A stretch of 59,660 bases of DNA, filler included. It is 5 parts of 5 records of this genome, joined end to end, with 100 filler letters (N's around TTAATTAATTAA, not from the genome) between each part and the next. Parts side by side here need not be neighbours in the genome. Positions count along the whole stretch, not along the records: positions 1 to 17,568 come from SRR31156797_11150; 4 more parts are not named here. One strand, 5' to 3'. A model generated the notes under the pieces. That model was not told the DNA's origin and did no database searches. It worked only from the letters and a program-made list of their open reading frames with translations. Shown one piece after another: positions 1-9,446 of the stretch (the stretch's first letter is position 1; every line of letters starts with the position of its first letter). Both the position numbers and the translations under genes were made by a program.

Positions 1-2515
1 GCCGGTGGTGGCGGGGCAGACCCTGAAGGGGGTTCCCGATATCGGCCTGTTGCTGATCACGTCGCGCGACGGCCGGCCGGTTTACGTAAACGACGTTGCC
101 GATGTCGTGGTCGGCGCCAGCCCCGACGAGCATCAGGTCTGGCACCTTGAACCGACGGCGGACGGAATGCTCGAACAACGTCCCGCCGTCACCCTGGCGG
201 TGGCCAAACGCAAGGGCGCCAACGCGGTCATTGTCGCCGACGAAATCCTCGAACGGCTCGAACAGGTTCGCGGCCGTCTGGTGCCCGACGGCGTCGACGT
301 TTCAATCACCCGCAACTACGGCGAAACCGCCAACGAGAAGGCCGACGAGCTTCTGTTTCACTTGGGCGTGGCGACGGTTTCCATCGTCCTGTTGATCACC
401 CTGGTGCTGGGTTGGCGTGCCGGAATGGTCGTTCTGGTGGTTATCCCGACGACCATCCTGCTGACTTTGTTCGCGTCATGGATCATGGGCTACACGATCA
501 ACCGGGTCAGCCTGTTCGCGCTGATTTTTTCCATCGGCATTCTTGTCGACGATGCCATCGTCGTTGTCGAAAATATCGTCAGACATTGGCGAATGGGCGG
601 AGCCCGGTCGGCCATGCAGGCGGCGATCGAAGGTGTCGCCGAGGTCGGCAACCCGACCATCGTGGCGACTCTGACCATCGTTGCCGCGTTGCTGCCGATG
701 ATGTTCGTATCGGGAATGATGGGGCCGTATATGAGCCCGATCCCGGCCAATGCCTCGGCGGCGATGATCTTTTCCTTTTTTGTCGCCGTCATCATCACGC
801 CTTGGCTTTTGATCCGGGTGCGGCGGAAATCCGAAGCGCAAGGCAGCGCCGAGGCCGACCACGATCCCGGCCTGATGGGGCGCCTGTACCGCGCCATCGC
901 GGCGCCGGTGCTGAAAGGCCGCTGGCGCTCGATCCTGTTCCTTCTTGCCACCGGCGGCGCAACCGCCGCCGTTTGCCTGGCTTTCCTGACCCGGGACGTG
1001 ACGGTCAAGCTGTTGCCGTTCGACAACAAGTCGGAACTGCAGGTGGTTGTCGATCTGCCCGAGGGGGCCAGTCTTGAATCAACCCAGCGGGTGCTGAGCG
1101 CGGCGGCGCATCGCCTGAAGGATTTGCCCGAACTGGTCAGCATGCAGGCCTATGCCGGGACCTCGATGCCGTTCAACTTCAACGGCCTGGTCCGCCATTA
1201 TTTCCTGCGCGAAAGCCCGGAGCAGGGCGATCTGCAGGTCAACCTGTCGCCGAAACACGAACGCGACCGGGCCAGCCATACGATTGCGTTGGAGGCGCGG
1301 CGGCTGTTGGAAGGCCTGCCGGTGCCGGATGGAACCGCGATCAAGGTGGTCGAAGTGCCGCCCGGGCCGCCGGTGATTTCGACCCTGTTGGCCGAGGTCT
1401 ACGGGCCCGATCCTGAAACCCGGCGGGAAACCGCTGCCAAGGTGCGCGCCGCCTTCGAATCGGTCGATTTCGTCGTCGATATCGACGATTCCTACGGCGC
1501 GCCGACGGAACGGCTTCGTTTCGAGGTCGACCAGGAAAACCTGGAATACCACGGCGTCGAGGAACAGGCCGTATACGATACGGTGGCCGCCCTGCTGGGC
1601 GGTGTCAGCGTCGGATATTCGCATCGGGGCGCCGGCAGGAACCCGGTCGAAATCGCCGTCAGGCTGCCGAAATCGGGCCTGACACCGGGCGAACGCATCC
1701 TGGCAACGCCCTTGGCGGCCCCGGGTCCGGCCGCCGACAGTGGCGCCGTCGTCGAATTGGGCGATGTCGTGCGTTTGAAACGCGAACGGGCCAGTTTCCC
1801 CTTGTTCCGGCACAACGGCCATTTCGCCGAAATGGTTAGCGGCGAACTGGCCGGACGGTACGAGGCCCCGATCTACGGCATGCTGGCGGTCGAAGAGGCG
1901 TTGAAGGCCCAGGACTGGGGCGAGGCCGGCCCGCCGAGGATTGCCTATCACGGGCAGCCCGCCGACGAAGCCGTGCCGACCCTGCTTTGGGACGGTGAAT
2001 GGGAGATCACCTACGTTACTTTCCGCGACATGGGCGCCGCCTTCGTCGTGGCGATCCTGGGCATCTATCTTCTGGTCGTCGCCCAGTTCGGTAGTTTCAA
2101 GCTGCCGCTGGTCATTCTGGCGCCGGTGCCGCTAACCCTGATCGGCATCGTCTTCGGCCATTGGCTTTTCTCGGCCCCCTTCACGGCGGCATCGATGATC
2201 GGCTTCATCGCCTTGGCCGGCATCATCGTGCGGAATTCGATCCTGCTGGTCGATTTTATCCGATCGCGCCAGGGATCGGGAGAGCCCTTGCGCGACATGC
2301 TGCTGGAAGCTGGTGCCATCCGCTTCAAGCCGATCTTCCTGACGGCGGTGGCCGCCATGATCGGGGCGGCGTTTATTTTGGCCGATCCGATCTTCCAGGG
2401 CTTGGCGATCTCGCTGGTGTTCGGCCTGGCGTCGTCGACGGCGTTGACCCTGCTGGTCATTCCGGCGCTTTACGTGTGGCTGCGCGATGACGGGCGGGAG
2501 ATGACGCGAGGGTGA
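1..2515 (+). CDS. RND efflux transporter permease subunit (AcrB/CzcA family), 5'-truncated by window
   Basis: 836-aa ORF open from window start; RND motifs IGILVDDAIVVVENI, GIIVRNSILLVDF and IRFKPIFLT; multiple TM segments. Confidence 0.93.
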   Translation, partial: PVVAGQTLKGVPDIGLLLITSRDGRPVYVNDVADVVVGASPDEHQVWHLEPTADGMLEQRPAVTLAVAKRKGANAVIVADEILERLEQVRGRLVPDGVDVSITRNYGETANEKADELLFHLGVATVSIVLLITLVLGWRAGMVVLVVIPTTILLTLFASWIMGYTINRVSLFALIFSIGILVDDAIVVVENIVRHWRMGGARSAMQAAIEGVAEVGNPTIVATLTIVAALLPMMFVSGMMGPYMSPIPANASAAMIFSFFVAVIITPWLLIRVRRKSEAQGSAEADHDPGLMGRLYRAIAAPVLKGRWRSILFLLATGGATAAVCLAFLTRDVTVKLLPFDNKSELQVVVDLPEGASLESTQRVLSAAAHRLKDLPELVSMQAYAGTSMPFNFNGLVRHYFLRESPEQGDLQVNLSPKHERDRASHTIALEARRLLEGLPVPDGTAIKVVEVPPGPPVISTLLAEVYGPDPETRRETAAKVRAAFESVDFVVDIDDSYGAPTERLRFEVDQENLEYHGVEEQAVYDTVAALLGGVSVGYSHRGAGRNPVEIAVRLPKSGLTPGERILATPLAAPGPAADSGAVVELGDVVRLKRERASFPLFRHNGHFAEMVSGELAGRYEAPIYGMLAVEEALKAQDWGEAGPPRIAYHGQPADEAVPTLLWDGEWEITYVTFRDMGAAFVVAILGIYLLVVAQFGSFKLPLVILAPVPLTLIGIVFGHWLFSAPFTAASMIGFIALAGIIVRNSILLVDFIRSRQGSGEPLRDMLLEAGAIRFKPIFLTAVAAMIGAAFILADPIFQGLAISLVFGLASSTALTLLVIPALYVWLRDDGREMTRG

Positions 2516-2519
2516 GGGA

Positions 2520-3083
2520 TTACGGGCCCGGCCGAATCCGTTTCGCCATGATGATGTCGTGCCCGCCGGGGCCGTCGACGTCCGGAAGGATGCCGACCAC
2601 GGTGTATCCGCGTGCGCGGTAGAATGTGAACGGATGCCCGGCCGTCGGCGCGAGTCCGGCGAGCTTGGTCAGCACATCGGGATACAGATCGACCCCGAAC
2701 AGGTTTGTGCCTCCGAAATCGTCATCGGTTCCGAGCCAGATGGTGCAGATGCCGGCGTCGCGTGCGGCGCTCTCCAATGCGTCGACCAATAGCGTGCCGT
2801 ACCCCCGGCGCTGCGCGGCGGGGTCGACCACCAGCGGATGCAGCTCCCAGGCGTTGGGGGATTGTCGGATGGCGCCGATCCACCCAACCAGCCGATCGCC
2901 CTCGACCAGGGCAAAACCCAGCCGATCGGGATTGTCGAGGAAGGTCCCGACCTCGGCACGCGCCGAACTCCTGTCGGGCCAGGCGGACGGGGCGTGCGTC
3001 AGCGCGGCAACGAGGATCGCCGCCGCATCCTCCAGTTGCTCGGCCGACGCTTCTGCCAATGGGATTGTCTTTGACTTCTCCAT
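2520..3083 (-). CDS. GNAT acetyltransferase, aminoglycoside 6'-N-acetyltransferase AAC(6')-Ia/Ii-like
   Basis: C-terminal 187 aa of the 2520..4151 ORF starting at ATG 3083 (MEKSKT); motifs LVGWIGA, WELHPLVV, LGTDD, HPFTFY..GY.VVGILP and DIIMAK resemble AAC(6')-Ia/Ii. Confidence 0.85.
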   Translation of the reverse strand: MEKSKTIPLAEASAEQLEDAAAILVAALTHAPSAWPDRSSARAEVGTFLDNPDRLGFALVEGDRLVGWIGAIRQSPNAWELHPLVVDPAAQRRGYGTLLVDALESAARDAGICTIWLGTDDDFGGTNLFGVDLYPDVLTKLAGLAPTAGHPFTFYRARGYTVVGILPDVDGPGGHDIIMAKRIRPGP

Positions 3084-3227
3084 TTCCGAACACCCGCAGC
3101 CTGGCAATCCGTATACCGCGTTAACATAAACATATTTAGCATAAGCCCATACGGACGGATTGCGTCGGCGTCTCATCCCGGCCATGATCGGGGCCTCGCA
3201 GGGCTGCAACCAAAAAAAGTAAACCAG

Positions 3228-4130
3228 ATGCCGAGCAATCCAACCGTTCCGTCCGCACCCGCTGCCGTCCCCGATCCCGTCAAAGGAATCTTGTTGATGG
3301 TGGCGGCGATGCTGGTCATCCCGTTCAACGACGGCATCGCCAAGGCCCTGACGGCGCGCTATCCGGTGGCCGAGATCGTCTGGGCCCGGTACTTCTTCCA
3401 TTTCCTGCTGCTGCTGCCGTTGATCCTGTGGAAGCACGGCGCCGCCTCGTTGCGACCCGAGCGGGTCTGGTGGCATTTCCTGCGCGGCGCCTTCACGGTC
3501 AGCGCCACATTCTTCTTTTTCTGGGCGCTGTCCTTCATGCCGATGGCCGATACGCTGGCCCTGATGTTCGGCTATCCGCTGCTGATCACCGCGGCGTCGC
3601 CGCTGTTCCTCGGCGAAAAGGTCGGCATTCGGCGATGGGCGGCGGTGTTGGCCGGAATGATCGGGGCGGCGATCATCATCCGCCCGGGCACCGACCTGTT
3701 CCAGTGGTCGTCGCTGCTTGGCGTCACCGCGGCCCTGTGCATGGCGTCGTACTGGATCGTGACGCGGCGCATCACGGGCAGCGCGCCGCCGCTGGTGGCG
3801 GCGGCTTACGCGGCGCTGTTCGGAGTGATCGCGCTGCCGATCATCCTGCCCGGCGGCTGGACGGTGCCGAGCCCCGGCGATATTGCCCTGTTGGCGGCGA
3901 TGGGGGCGATCGCCGCGACCTATCACCTGCTGATCGTCAACGCCCTGAATTTCGCCGCCGCTTCCGTCCTGGCGCCGTTCGGATATTGCGAGATGATCAT
4001 GGCGACGACCATCGGGTTTTTCGTCTTCGGGGATTTCCCTGATGTCCTGACGTGGCTGGGGATCGCCATCGTCATCGGCTCCGGAATCTACGTTTCCTGG
4101 CGCGAGCGCAAGACCGCGGCAACTGCCTGA
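3228..4130 (+). CDS. DMT/EamA family transporter
   Basis: 300 aa, about 10 TM helices; FLGEKVGIRRW and ASVLAPFGY motifs. Confidence 0.92.
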   Translation: MPSNPTVPSAPAAVPDPVKGILLMVAAMLVIPFNDGIAKALTARYPVAEIVWARYFFHFLLLLPLILWKHGAASLRPERVWWHFLRGAFTVSATFFFFWALSFMPMADTLALMFGYPLLITAASPLFLGEKVGIRRWAAVLAGMIGAAIIIRPGTDLFQWSSLLGVTAALCMASYWIVTRRITGSAPPLVAAAYAALFGVIALPIILPGGWTVPSPGDIALLAAMGAIAATYHLLIVNALNFAAASVLAPFGYCEMIMATTIGFFVFGDFPDVLTWLGIAIVIGSGIYVSWRERKTAATA

Positions 4131-4301
4131 CCAAACCCGCAGCGACGGCACTTTTTCGGGTCGCGAAACCGAAAACAGTCATTTTTTCCCCTTTTTCAGT
4201 GCGTTAAGGATGTTCCGATACGGGTTCGCCTTCAAATTTCCCGCCGCCGCGCGTATCATTGATGCCAACACATAGCGGCTTTTTCGGGCAAGGAGGCGAC
4301 G

Positions 4302-5165
4302 ATGCCAATCAAGACGATCTTGGTTCCTCTGGACGGAACGGAAGCGGCCGAGCCGGTTCTGCGCATGGCGTTTTCCGTCTGCCGCAATTTGTCGGCTCAT
4401 TTGGAAGTCCTTCACGTAAAGGCCGATTCGAAAAATGCCGTCCCGCTTTTGGGCGAGGGTATGTCCGGCGCCATGATCGAGGAGATGATCGATCTTGCCG
4501 AACAGGAAGCCGCCAGCCGTGCCGAAAAGGCGCGCGCCATGTTCGACCGCGCCTTGGCGGCCTTCGGTTTCCCGATTAAGGAATCTCCCGGAGCCGACGG
4601 GCCGTCGGCGGCCTGGGTCGAGCGAACCGGACGCGAGGACGAGGCGACGGCGCAACGCGGCTGCCTGTCGGATCTGATTGTGGTTGCGCGGCCGACACCG
4701 GAATCGGATGTTTCGTCGCGTATGACCTTGAATGCCGCGATCCGCGAATCGGGGCGCCCGATCCTGGTCGTGCCGCCGGGCGACGAGAAGCCGATCGGCA
4801 AAAAAGTGGCCATTGCCTGGAACGGAAGCGCCGAGGCGGCGCGTGCCGTCAGGCTTTCCATGGACTTCATCGAATTGGCCGACGAGGTCGTGATTCTGAC
4901 CGCCGAGGGCGGGACCACGCGGGCCGCCGCGGCGTCCGAATTGGCCGGTTATCTGGAATGGCACGGCATTTCCGGCAAGACCCGGACCTTCGTGATCGCC
5001 GATCGCGTCGGCGGCGAGGAACTATTGAAGGAATGCGCCGAAGAAAAGATCGATCTTTTGATGATGGGCGCCTACACGCAAAGCCGGGTCCGGCAATTGA
5101 TCCTGGGCGGCGTGACGCGGCATGTATTGGCGGAGGCGACCATCCCGGTGGTGATGGCGCGGTAG
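4302..5165 (+). CDS. Universal stress protein (tandem UspA domains)
   Basis: IKTILVPLDG N-terminus; AIAWNGSAEAARA; DLLMMGAY...ILGGVTRHVL; AGGAGG RBS upstream. Confidence 0.92.
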   Translation: MPIKTILVPLDGTEAAEPVLRMAFSVCRNLSAHLEVLHVKADSKNAVPLLGEGMSGAMIEEMIDLAEQEAASRAEKARAMFDRALAAFGFPIKESPGADGPSAAWVERTGREDEATAQRGCLSDLIVVARPTPESDVSSRMTLNAAIRESGRPILVVPPGDEKPIGKKVAIAWNGSAEAARAVRLSMDFIELADEVVILTAEGGTTRAAAASELAGYLEWHGISGKTRTFVIADRVGGEELLKECAEEKIDLLMMGAYTQSRVRQLILGGVTRHVLAEATIPVVMAR

Positions 5166-5259
5166 GCAAGCGACCCGTAATCGGCTGGTTCAAGCATCGA
5201 AGTGACGTCGATGGCGCGGCCCATTCGGCAACCGTTTCGGCAACCGTCATAGCCCCCCT

Positions 5260-6036
5260 ATGAAAACCCGTGCCGAAGCTGATATCGTGCCGGTCATGAC
5301 GGAAGAACGAAAAACCGTGGTCGTCACCGGCGCCAGCCGGGGCATCGGCCATGCGGTGGCGAAGCGCTTTCTCGATCGCGGCTGGCGAATCTTGACCTGC
5401 TCGCGCGACGACGTTCCAGAAGAATGCAAACGCGATCCGAATTGGACGCTGCACATTCCGACCGACCTCGGCAACGCGGAAAGCGTTGCCAACTTCATTT
5501 CCTCCGTCAACGAATGCCTCGACGGAGGGCCGCTGCACGCCCTCGTCAACAACGCCGGCATGTCGCCGAAGGCACCCTATAAGGAGCGTCTGGGGTGCCT
5601 TAACGGCGATATCGATGCCTGGCGCCAGGTTTTCGAATTGAATTTCTTCGCGGCGCTGAAACTGTCCCGGGGGTTTGCCTCGGCCCTGCACAAGGGGCGC
5701 GGTTCCATCGTCAACGTCACCTCCATTGCCGGGCACTTCATTCATCCGTTCGCCGGTTCCGCCTATTCGATCTCGAAGGCGGCCCTGTCGGCCCTGACCC
5801 GTGAAATGGCCCACGAATTCGCCGAACTGGGGGTTCGCGTCAATGCGGTCGCGCCCGGCGAAATCGAAACGGACATGATCCAGCCCGAATACGAGGCGTT
5901 GGTTCCCCGTATCGCGCTCAACCGCATGGGCGCGCCGGAAGACGTCGCCGGTACCGTTTTTTATCTCTGTTCCGAAGACGCCGGTTACGTCACCGGCAGC
6001 GAGATTTGGATAACCGGCGGCCAGCATCTGTACTGA
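5260..6036 (+). CDS. SDR family oxidoreductase, FixR-like (start may be ATG 5296)
   Basis: TGASRGIG, NNAG and YSISK catalytic motifs; LHALVNNAG.SPK, HPFAGSAY and GGQHL resemble B. japonicum FixR. Confidence 0.88.
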   Translation: MKTRAEADIVPVMTEERKTVVVTGASRGIGHAVAKRFLDRGWRILTCSRDDVPEECKRDPNWTLHIPTDLGNAESVANFISSVNECLDGGPLHALVNNAGMSPKAPYKERLGCLNGDIDAWRQVFELNFFAALKLSRGFASALHKGRGSIVNVTSIAGHFIHPFAGSAYSISKAALSALTREMAHEFAELGVRVNAVAPGEIETDMIQPEYEALVPRIALNRMGAPEDVAGTVFYLCSEDAGYVTGSEIWITGGQHLY

Positions 6037-6074
6037 TCGCGAGGAATAACGGTCCGTCGGACCTGGATCTGTGA

Positions 6075-9000
6075 ATGAAGTTTAAACCGGAAAAACCGGC
6101 AAACGCCGCCCTTTATTTCCACCCGGACGCGGTCGAATCGGGTGGCCCCCGGCTGATGGGCAGGCATGCCGCCGGCGAAGGCTTCCTGAAGGGATTCGTG
6201 CGCCATTCCGAGGTCGAGGACTTTTATTGCCAGACCGGCAATCAAGCCCATTTCACGGAGTTCAGAAACCGTGTCGCGGCAATCGACACGCAGGGTCGAG
6301 AATGCCATTGGGTGCCGTTCGAGCGGCAGGCGCAACTGGCCGATACCGGATGCCTTTGGCTGCCGGGGCCGGATCTTTCGGGAACCGCCTGGCGTCGGCG
6401 CGCCGTCGACCAGCGTGCCTTCAGCCTTTGCGGCGTCAACCATACGATCGCGTCGGATCGGATCATGGACGCGCTCGGCGCCTATCTGACGTCGCCCGTG
6501 CAGCCCTGGGACGCCCTGATCTGCACATCCCGGGCGGTCAAGGCGACGGTCCGGCGCCTGATCGAGAACTGGGCCGAATTCATCAACCAGCGTACCGGCG
6601 GAAGCGTGCCCGTGGGCTTGCAGCTTCCGGTCATTCCCCTGGGCGTCGATTGCGATGCCTTTGCGCCCGCCGTCGGCAACGGACCGGCGCGTGCCGAATT
6701 GCGGGCCGAATATGGAATCGGTGAAGAGGAAATCGCCGTTCTGTTCGTCGGGCGGCTCAGCTATCACGCCAAGGCCCACCCCTTGCCGATGTATCTGGCC
6801 CTTGAGGCGGCGGCCCAGAAAACCGGAAAAACGGTTCATCTGATCCAGGCCGGCTGGGTTGCCAACCAGGGCATTGAGACCGAGTTCCGGCAGGGCGCGG
6901 CCGAGTTCTGTCCGTCGGTCAGATGTATTTTCCTCGACGGCAGAAAAGCCGAGGTGCGGAACCGGGTTTGGCATGCGGCCGATATTTTCTGTTCGCTTTC
7001 CGACAACATCCAGGAAACCTTCGGCCTGACACCGATCGAAGCGATGTCGGCCGGCCTGCCGTCGGTGGTTTCGGATTGGGACGGCTACCGCGATACCGTC
7101 CGCCAGGGAACCGACGGTTTTCTGATTCCGACCTGGATGCCGCCGGGCGGGGCCGGTCGCGGGCTTGAACTTCCGGCCGCCGGCGAACTGGGCGAAGAGG
7201 AAAGGGATCGCACCTACAACCACTATTGCGGATACGTAAGCCAGACGACCGCCGTCGACGTGCCGGCCTGCATCGAGGCTTTCGCCTTGTTGATCGGCAG
7301 TTCCGATCGCCGCAGATCGATGGGAGAGGCAGCGCGGAAAAGGGCACGGGAGCATTTCGACTGGCGGGTCGTGGTTTCCGGCTATCAGGCCTTGTGGCAG
7401 GAACTGGCGGCAATCCGGGCGACGGCGCCCGAAATTGCACCGGTTGCGGCCGGCCGGCCGATCCATCCGCTGCGCGACGATCCGTTCGCCTTGTTTGCCG
7501 CCTATCCGACACCGGCGCCGAGAAACCAGTTTGCCGTCGTGCCGATTCCGGGCGGCGAGCCGTCGCGCGTCGAGGACATTCAAAGGCGGCCGATGAACAC
7601 GTTCGCTTCCGACCTGCTGCCATCGCCTTCGGATATGGCAGGCTTGATCGGGCGTCTCGCCGATAGCGGCCCGGCGACGGTCAAGACTGTCGTCGAAGGA
7701 GCCCCCATCGAAACGAGGGCGTCGATCGCCCGCGGTATCGGCTGGTTGGCGAAGGCCGGACTGATCCGTGTCCTTCCCGTTTCCGACGAGGCCGACAGGC
7801 CGCAATTCGATACGGAAACGCCGCTGGCCGAGCGGGTCCTGGCGTCGGAAAATCGTTGGCGCAAGCGTTTGAAAACGGACCCCGGAGATATCGATGCGCT
7901 GAAGGGAATGGCCGACGTTGCCAGGGTGCGCGGCGACGGTGCGGCGATGGCCCGGTTCATCGGCAAGGCGCTGGAGGCGCAGCCGGACGATCCCGATCTG
8001 CATCTTGCCCTGGGCGATGTCCTGGCCGGGCTCAGCGATTGGGAAAAGGCGGCGGCGAGCTTTCACCGGGCCGCCATGGCAAGGCCGGCGTCGGCACGGG
8101 CCTGGGGGGGGTTCGCCAACGCCTGTTTCGCGCGCGGCGACCGCCGGCGGGCCATCGACGCCTATTTCCGGGCGGTCAGGGTGGCGCCGCAAACGGCCGA
8201 CTTGTGGTTTGGTCTGGGCATTGCCTTGCGCCATGAAGACGAACCGGACGCGGCATTGGAATGTTTCGACAAGTACGAAGCCATCGCCGGCGCCAACTCC
8301 AACGTCGAATACCACCGGGGCCTGGCCAATAAATCGGCCGGAAATCGCCGTGCGGCCGAAAAAAACATGTCACGGGCGTTGGAACTGGCCCCGTCCAACG
8401 GTTTCGCGGCGGCCGCGGCGGCTTCCCTGGCGGCGGCGCGACGGGCGGATGAGGGGCCGGACCGCCGACCCGCGGCCCGCATTGCGGTTCACATCAACCA
8501 GGGGTTCCACTATTGCATCGGGCGGCCGCTGTTCGACGAATGCGCCGCCGGCCACGAAACGCTTTTCACCGGCGATACACGCGAGTTGTTGGAATTCGCG
8601 CCTGACGTCGTCGTCGTCTGCGACGCCCAGTCGGCGAATCTGCGCTCGGTCCTGCCGGAAGCGACCTTCGTTTTCATGCGCCACGGGCTTATCAGCAAGA
8701 ACATCGTCGGTTCCATCGCCCGTTTGGCCGACTATACCTGTGTCAGCAGCGACACGATCCGCGATTCCCTAATCGAAGCCGGGGTGCCGGAGGATCGCAT
8801 CTGGGTGACCGGGTTCGTCCAGATGGACCCGCTGTTCAGGGGGGACGCTCTGTCGCTGCCGTTCGATCTGCCTGCGGCAAAAAAGACGGTTCTTTTTGCG
8901 CCGACATACAATCCGATGATGTCGGCCGCCCCGATGTTGGGTGCCGATATCGTCAAGCGGATCAGGGGCGATCGCACCGACATTTCCGTTGTCATCAAGC

Positions 9001-9446
9001 CGCATCCTCATATCTGCGTTCACCAGCGGGAATGGATGGGATGGTGGCGTGCGGCGGCGGCCGAAAACGACGATGTCTTTCTTGTCGAGGATGCCAGTGC
9101 CGATCTGGTGCCGTACCTACAGGCGGCGGATTTGCTGATTTCCGATGCGTCCAGCGCCGCCTTTCAGTTCCTTGCCCTCGATCGGCCGATCGTTCTGGTG
9201 ACCAATCCGGATCACGACAAGGACGAGCGGCATTTCGATCCGGACGGGATCGAGTGGAAGTGGCGCGATCTTGGAGACGAAGTCGGCGATGCCGGCGACC
9301 TGGCGGCTGCGATCGATCGGGCCCTTGCCGATCCGGGCGAAGCCGCACCTCGCCGGGCTGAATACCGGAAACGGCTTTTCGGCGATATGACCGACGGCCG
9401 CGCCGCCGAACGCATCGTCGGGAGAATTACGGACCTGGGCAAATGA
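6075..9446 (+). CDS. Multidomain protein: GT4 glycosyltransferase + TPR repeats + CDP-glycerol/ribitol phosphotransferase (TagF-like) domain
   Basis: GT4 motif QETFGLTPIEAMSAGLPSVVSD; central TPR-like helical repeats; C-terminal MRHG, TGFVQMDPL, LFAPTY, IKPHP, ADLLISDASS, DGRAAERI typical of TagF/TagB. Confidence 0.85.
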   Translation: MKFKPEKPANAALYFHPDAVESGGPRLMGRHAAGEGFLKGFVRHSEVEDFYCQTGNQAHFTEFRNRVAAIDTQGRECHWVPFERQAQLADTGCLWLPGPDLSGTAWRRRAVDQRAFSLCGVNHTIASDRIMDALGAYLTSPVQPWDALICTSRAVKATVRRLIENWAEFINQRTGGSVPVGLQLPVIPLGVDCDAFAPAVGNGPARAELRAEYGIGEEEIAVLFVGRLSYHAKAHPLPMYLALEAAAQKTGKTVHLIQAGWVANQGIETEFRQGAAEFCPSVRCIFLDGRKAEVRNRVWHAADIFCSLSDNIQETFGLTPIEAMSAGLPSVVSDWDGYRDTVRQGTDGFLIPTWMPPGGAGRGLELPAAGELGEEERDRTYNHYCGYVSQTTAVDVPACIEAFALLIGSSDRRRSMGEAARKRAREHFDWRVVVSGYQALWQELAAIRATAPEIAPVAAGRPIHPLRDDPFALFAAYPTPAPRNQFAVVPIPGGEPSRVEDIQRRPMNTFASDLLPSPSDMAGLIGRLADSGPATVKTVVEGAPIETRASIARGIGWLAKAGLIRVLPVSDEADRPQFDTETPLAERVLASENRWRKRLKTDPGDIDALKGMADVARVRGDGAAMARFIGKALEAQPDDPDLHLALGDVLAGLSDWEKAAASFHRAAMARPASARAWGGFANACFARGDRRRAIDAYFRAVRVAPQTADLWFGLGIALRHEDEPDAALECFDKYEAIAGANSNVEYHRGLANKSAGNRRAAEKNMSRALELAPSNGFAAAAAASLAAARRADEGPDRRPAARIAVHINQGFHYCIGRPLFDECAAGHETLFTGDTRELLEFAPDVVVVCDAQSANLRSVLPEATFVFMRHGLISKNIVGSIARLADYTCVSSDTIRDSLIEAGVPEDRIWVTGFVQMDPLFRGDALSLPFDLPAAKKTVLFAPTYNPMMSAAPMLGADIVKRIRGDRTDISVVIKPHPHICVHQREWMGWWRAAAAENDDVFLVEDASADLVPYLQAADLLISDASSAAFQFLALDRPIVLVTNPDHDKDERHFDPDGIEWKWRDLGDEVGDAGDLAAAIDRALADPGEAAPRRAEYRKRLFGDMTDGRAAERIVGRITDLGK

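Noticed and set aside
3084-4151. N-terminal 356 aa of the 543-aa minus-strand ORF as a fusion to the GNAT
   Set aside because: It is the antisense shadow of the DMT gene; only the part from ATG 3083 looks like protein.
5224-5247. 12-bp tandem duplication TTCGGCAACCGT x2
   Set aside because: Only two copies and no further support for a function.
5260-6036. SDR as the ribulose-5-phosphate reductase (Bcs1-like) partner of the IspD/TagF module
   Set aside because: Sequence closely resembles the widespread FixR-like family, so adjacency alone is insufficient; not excluded.
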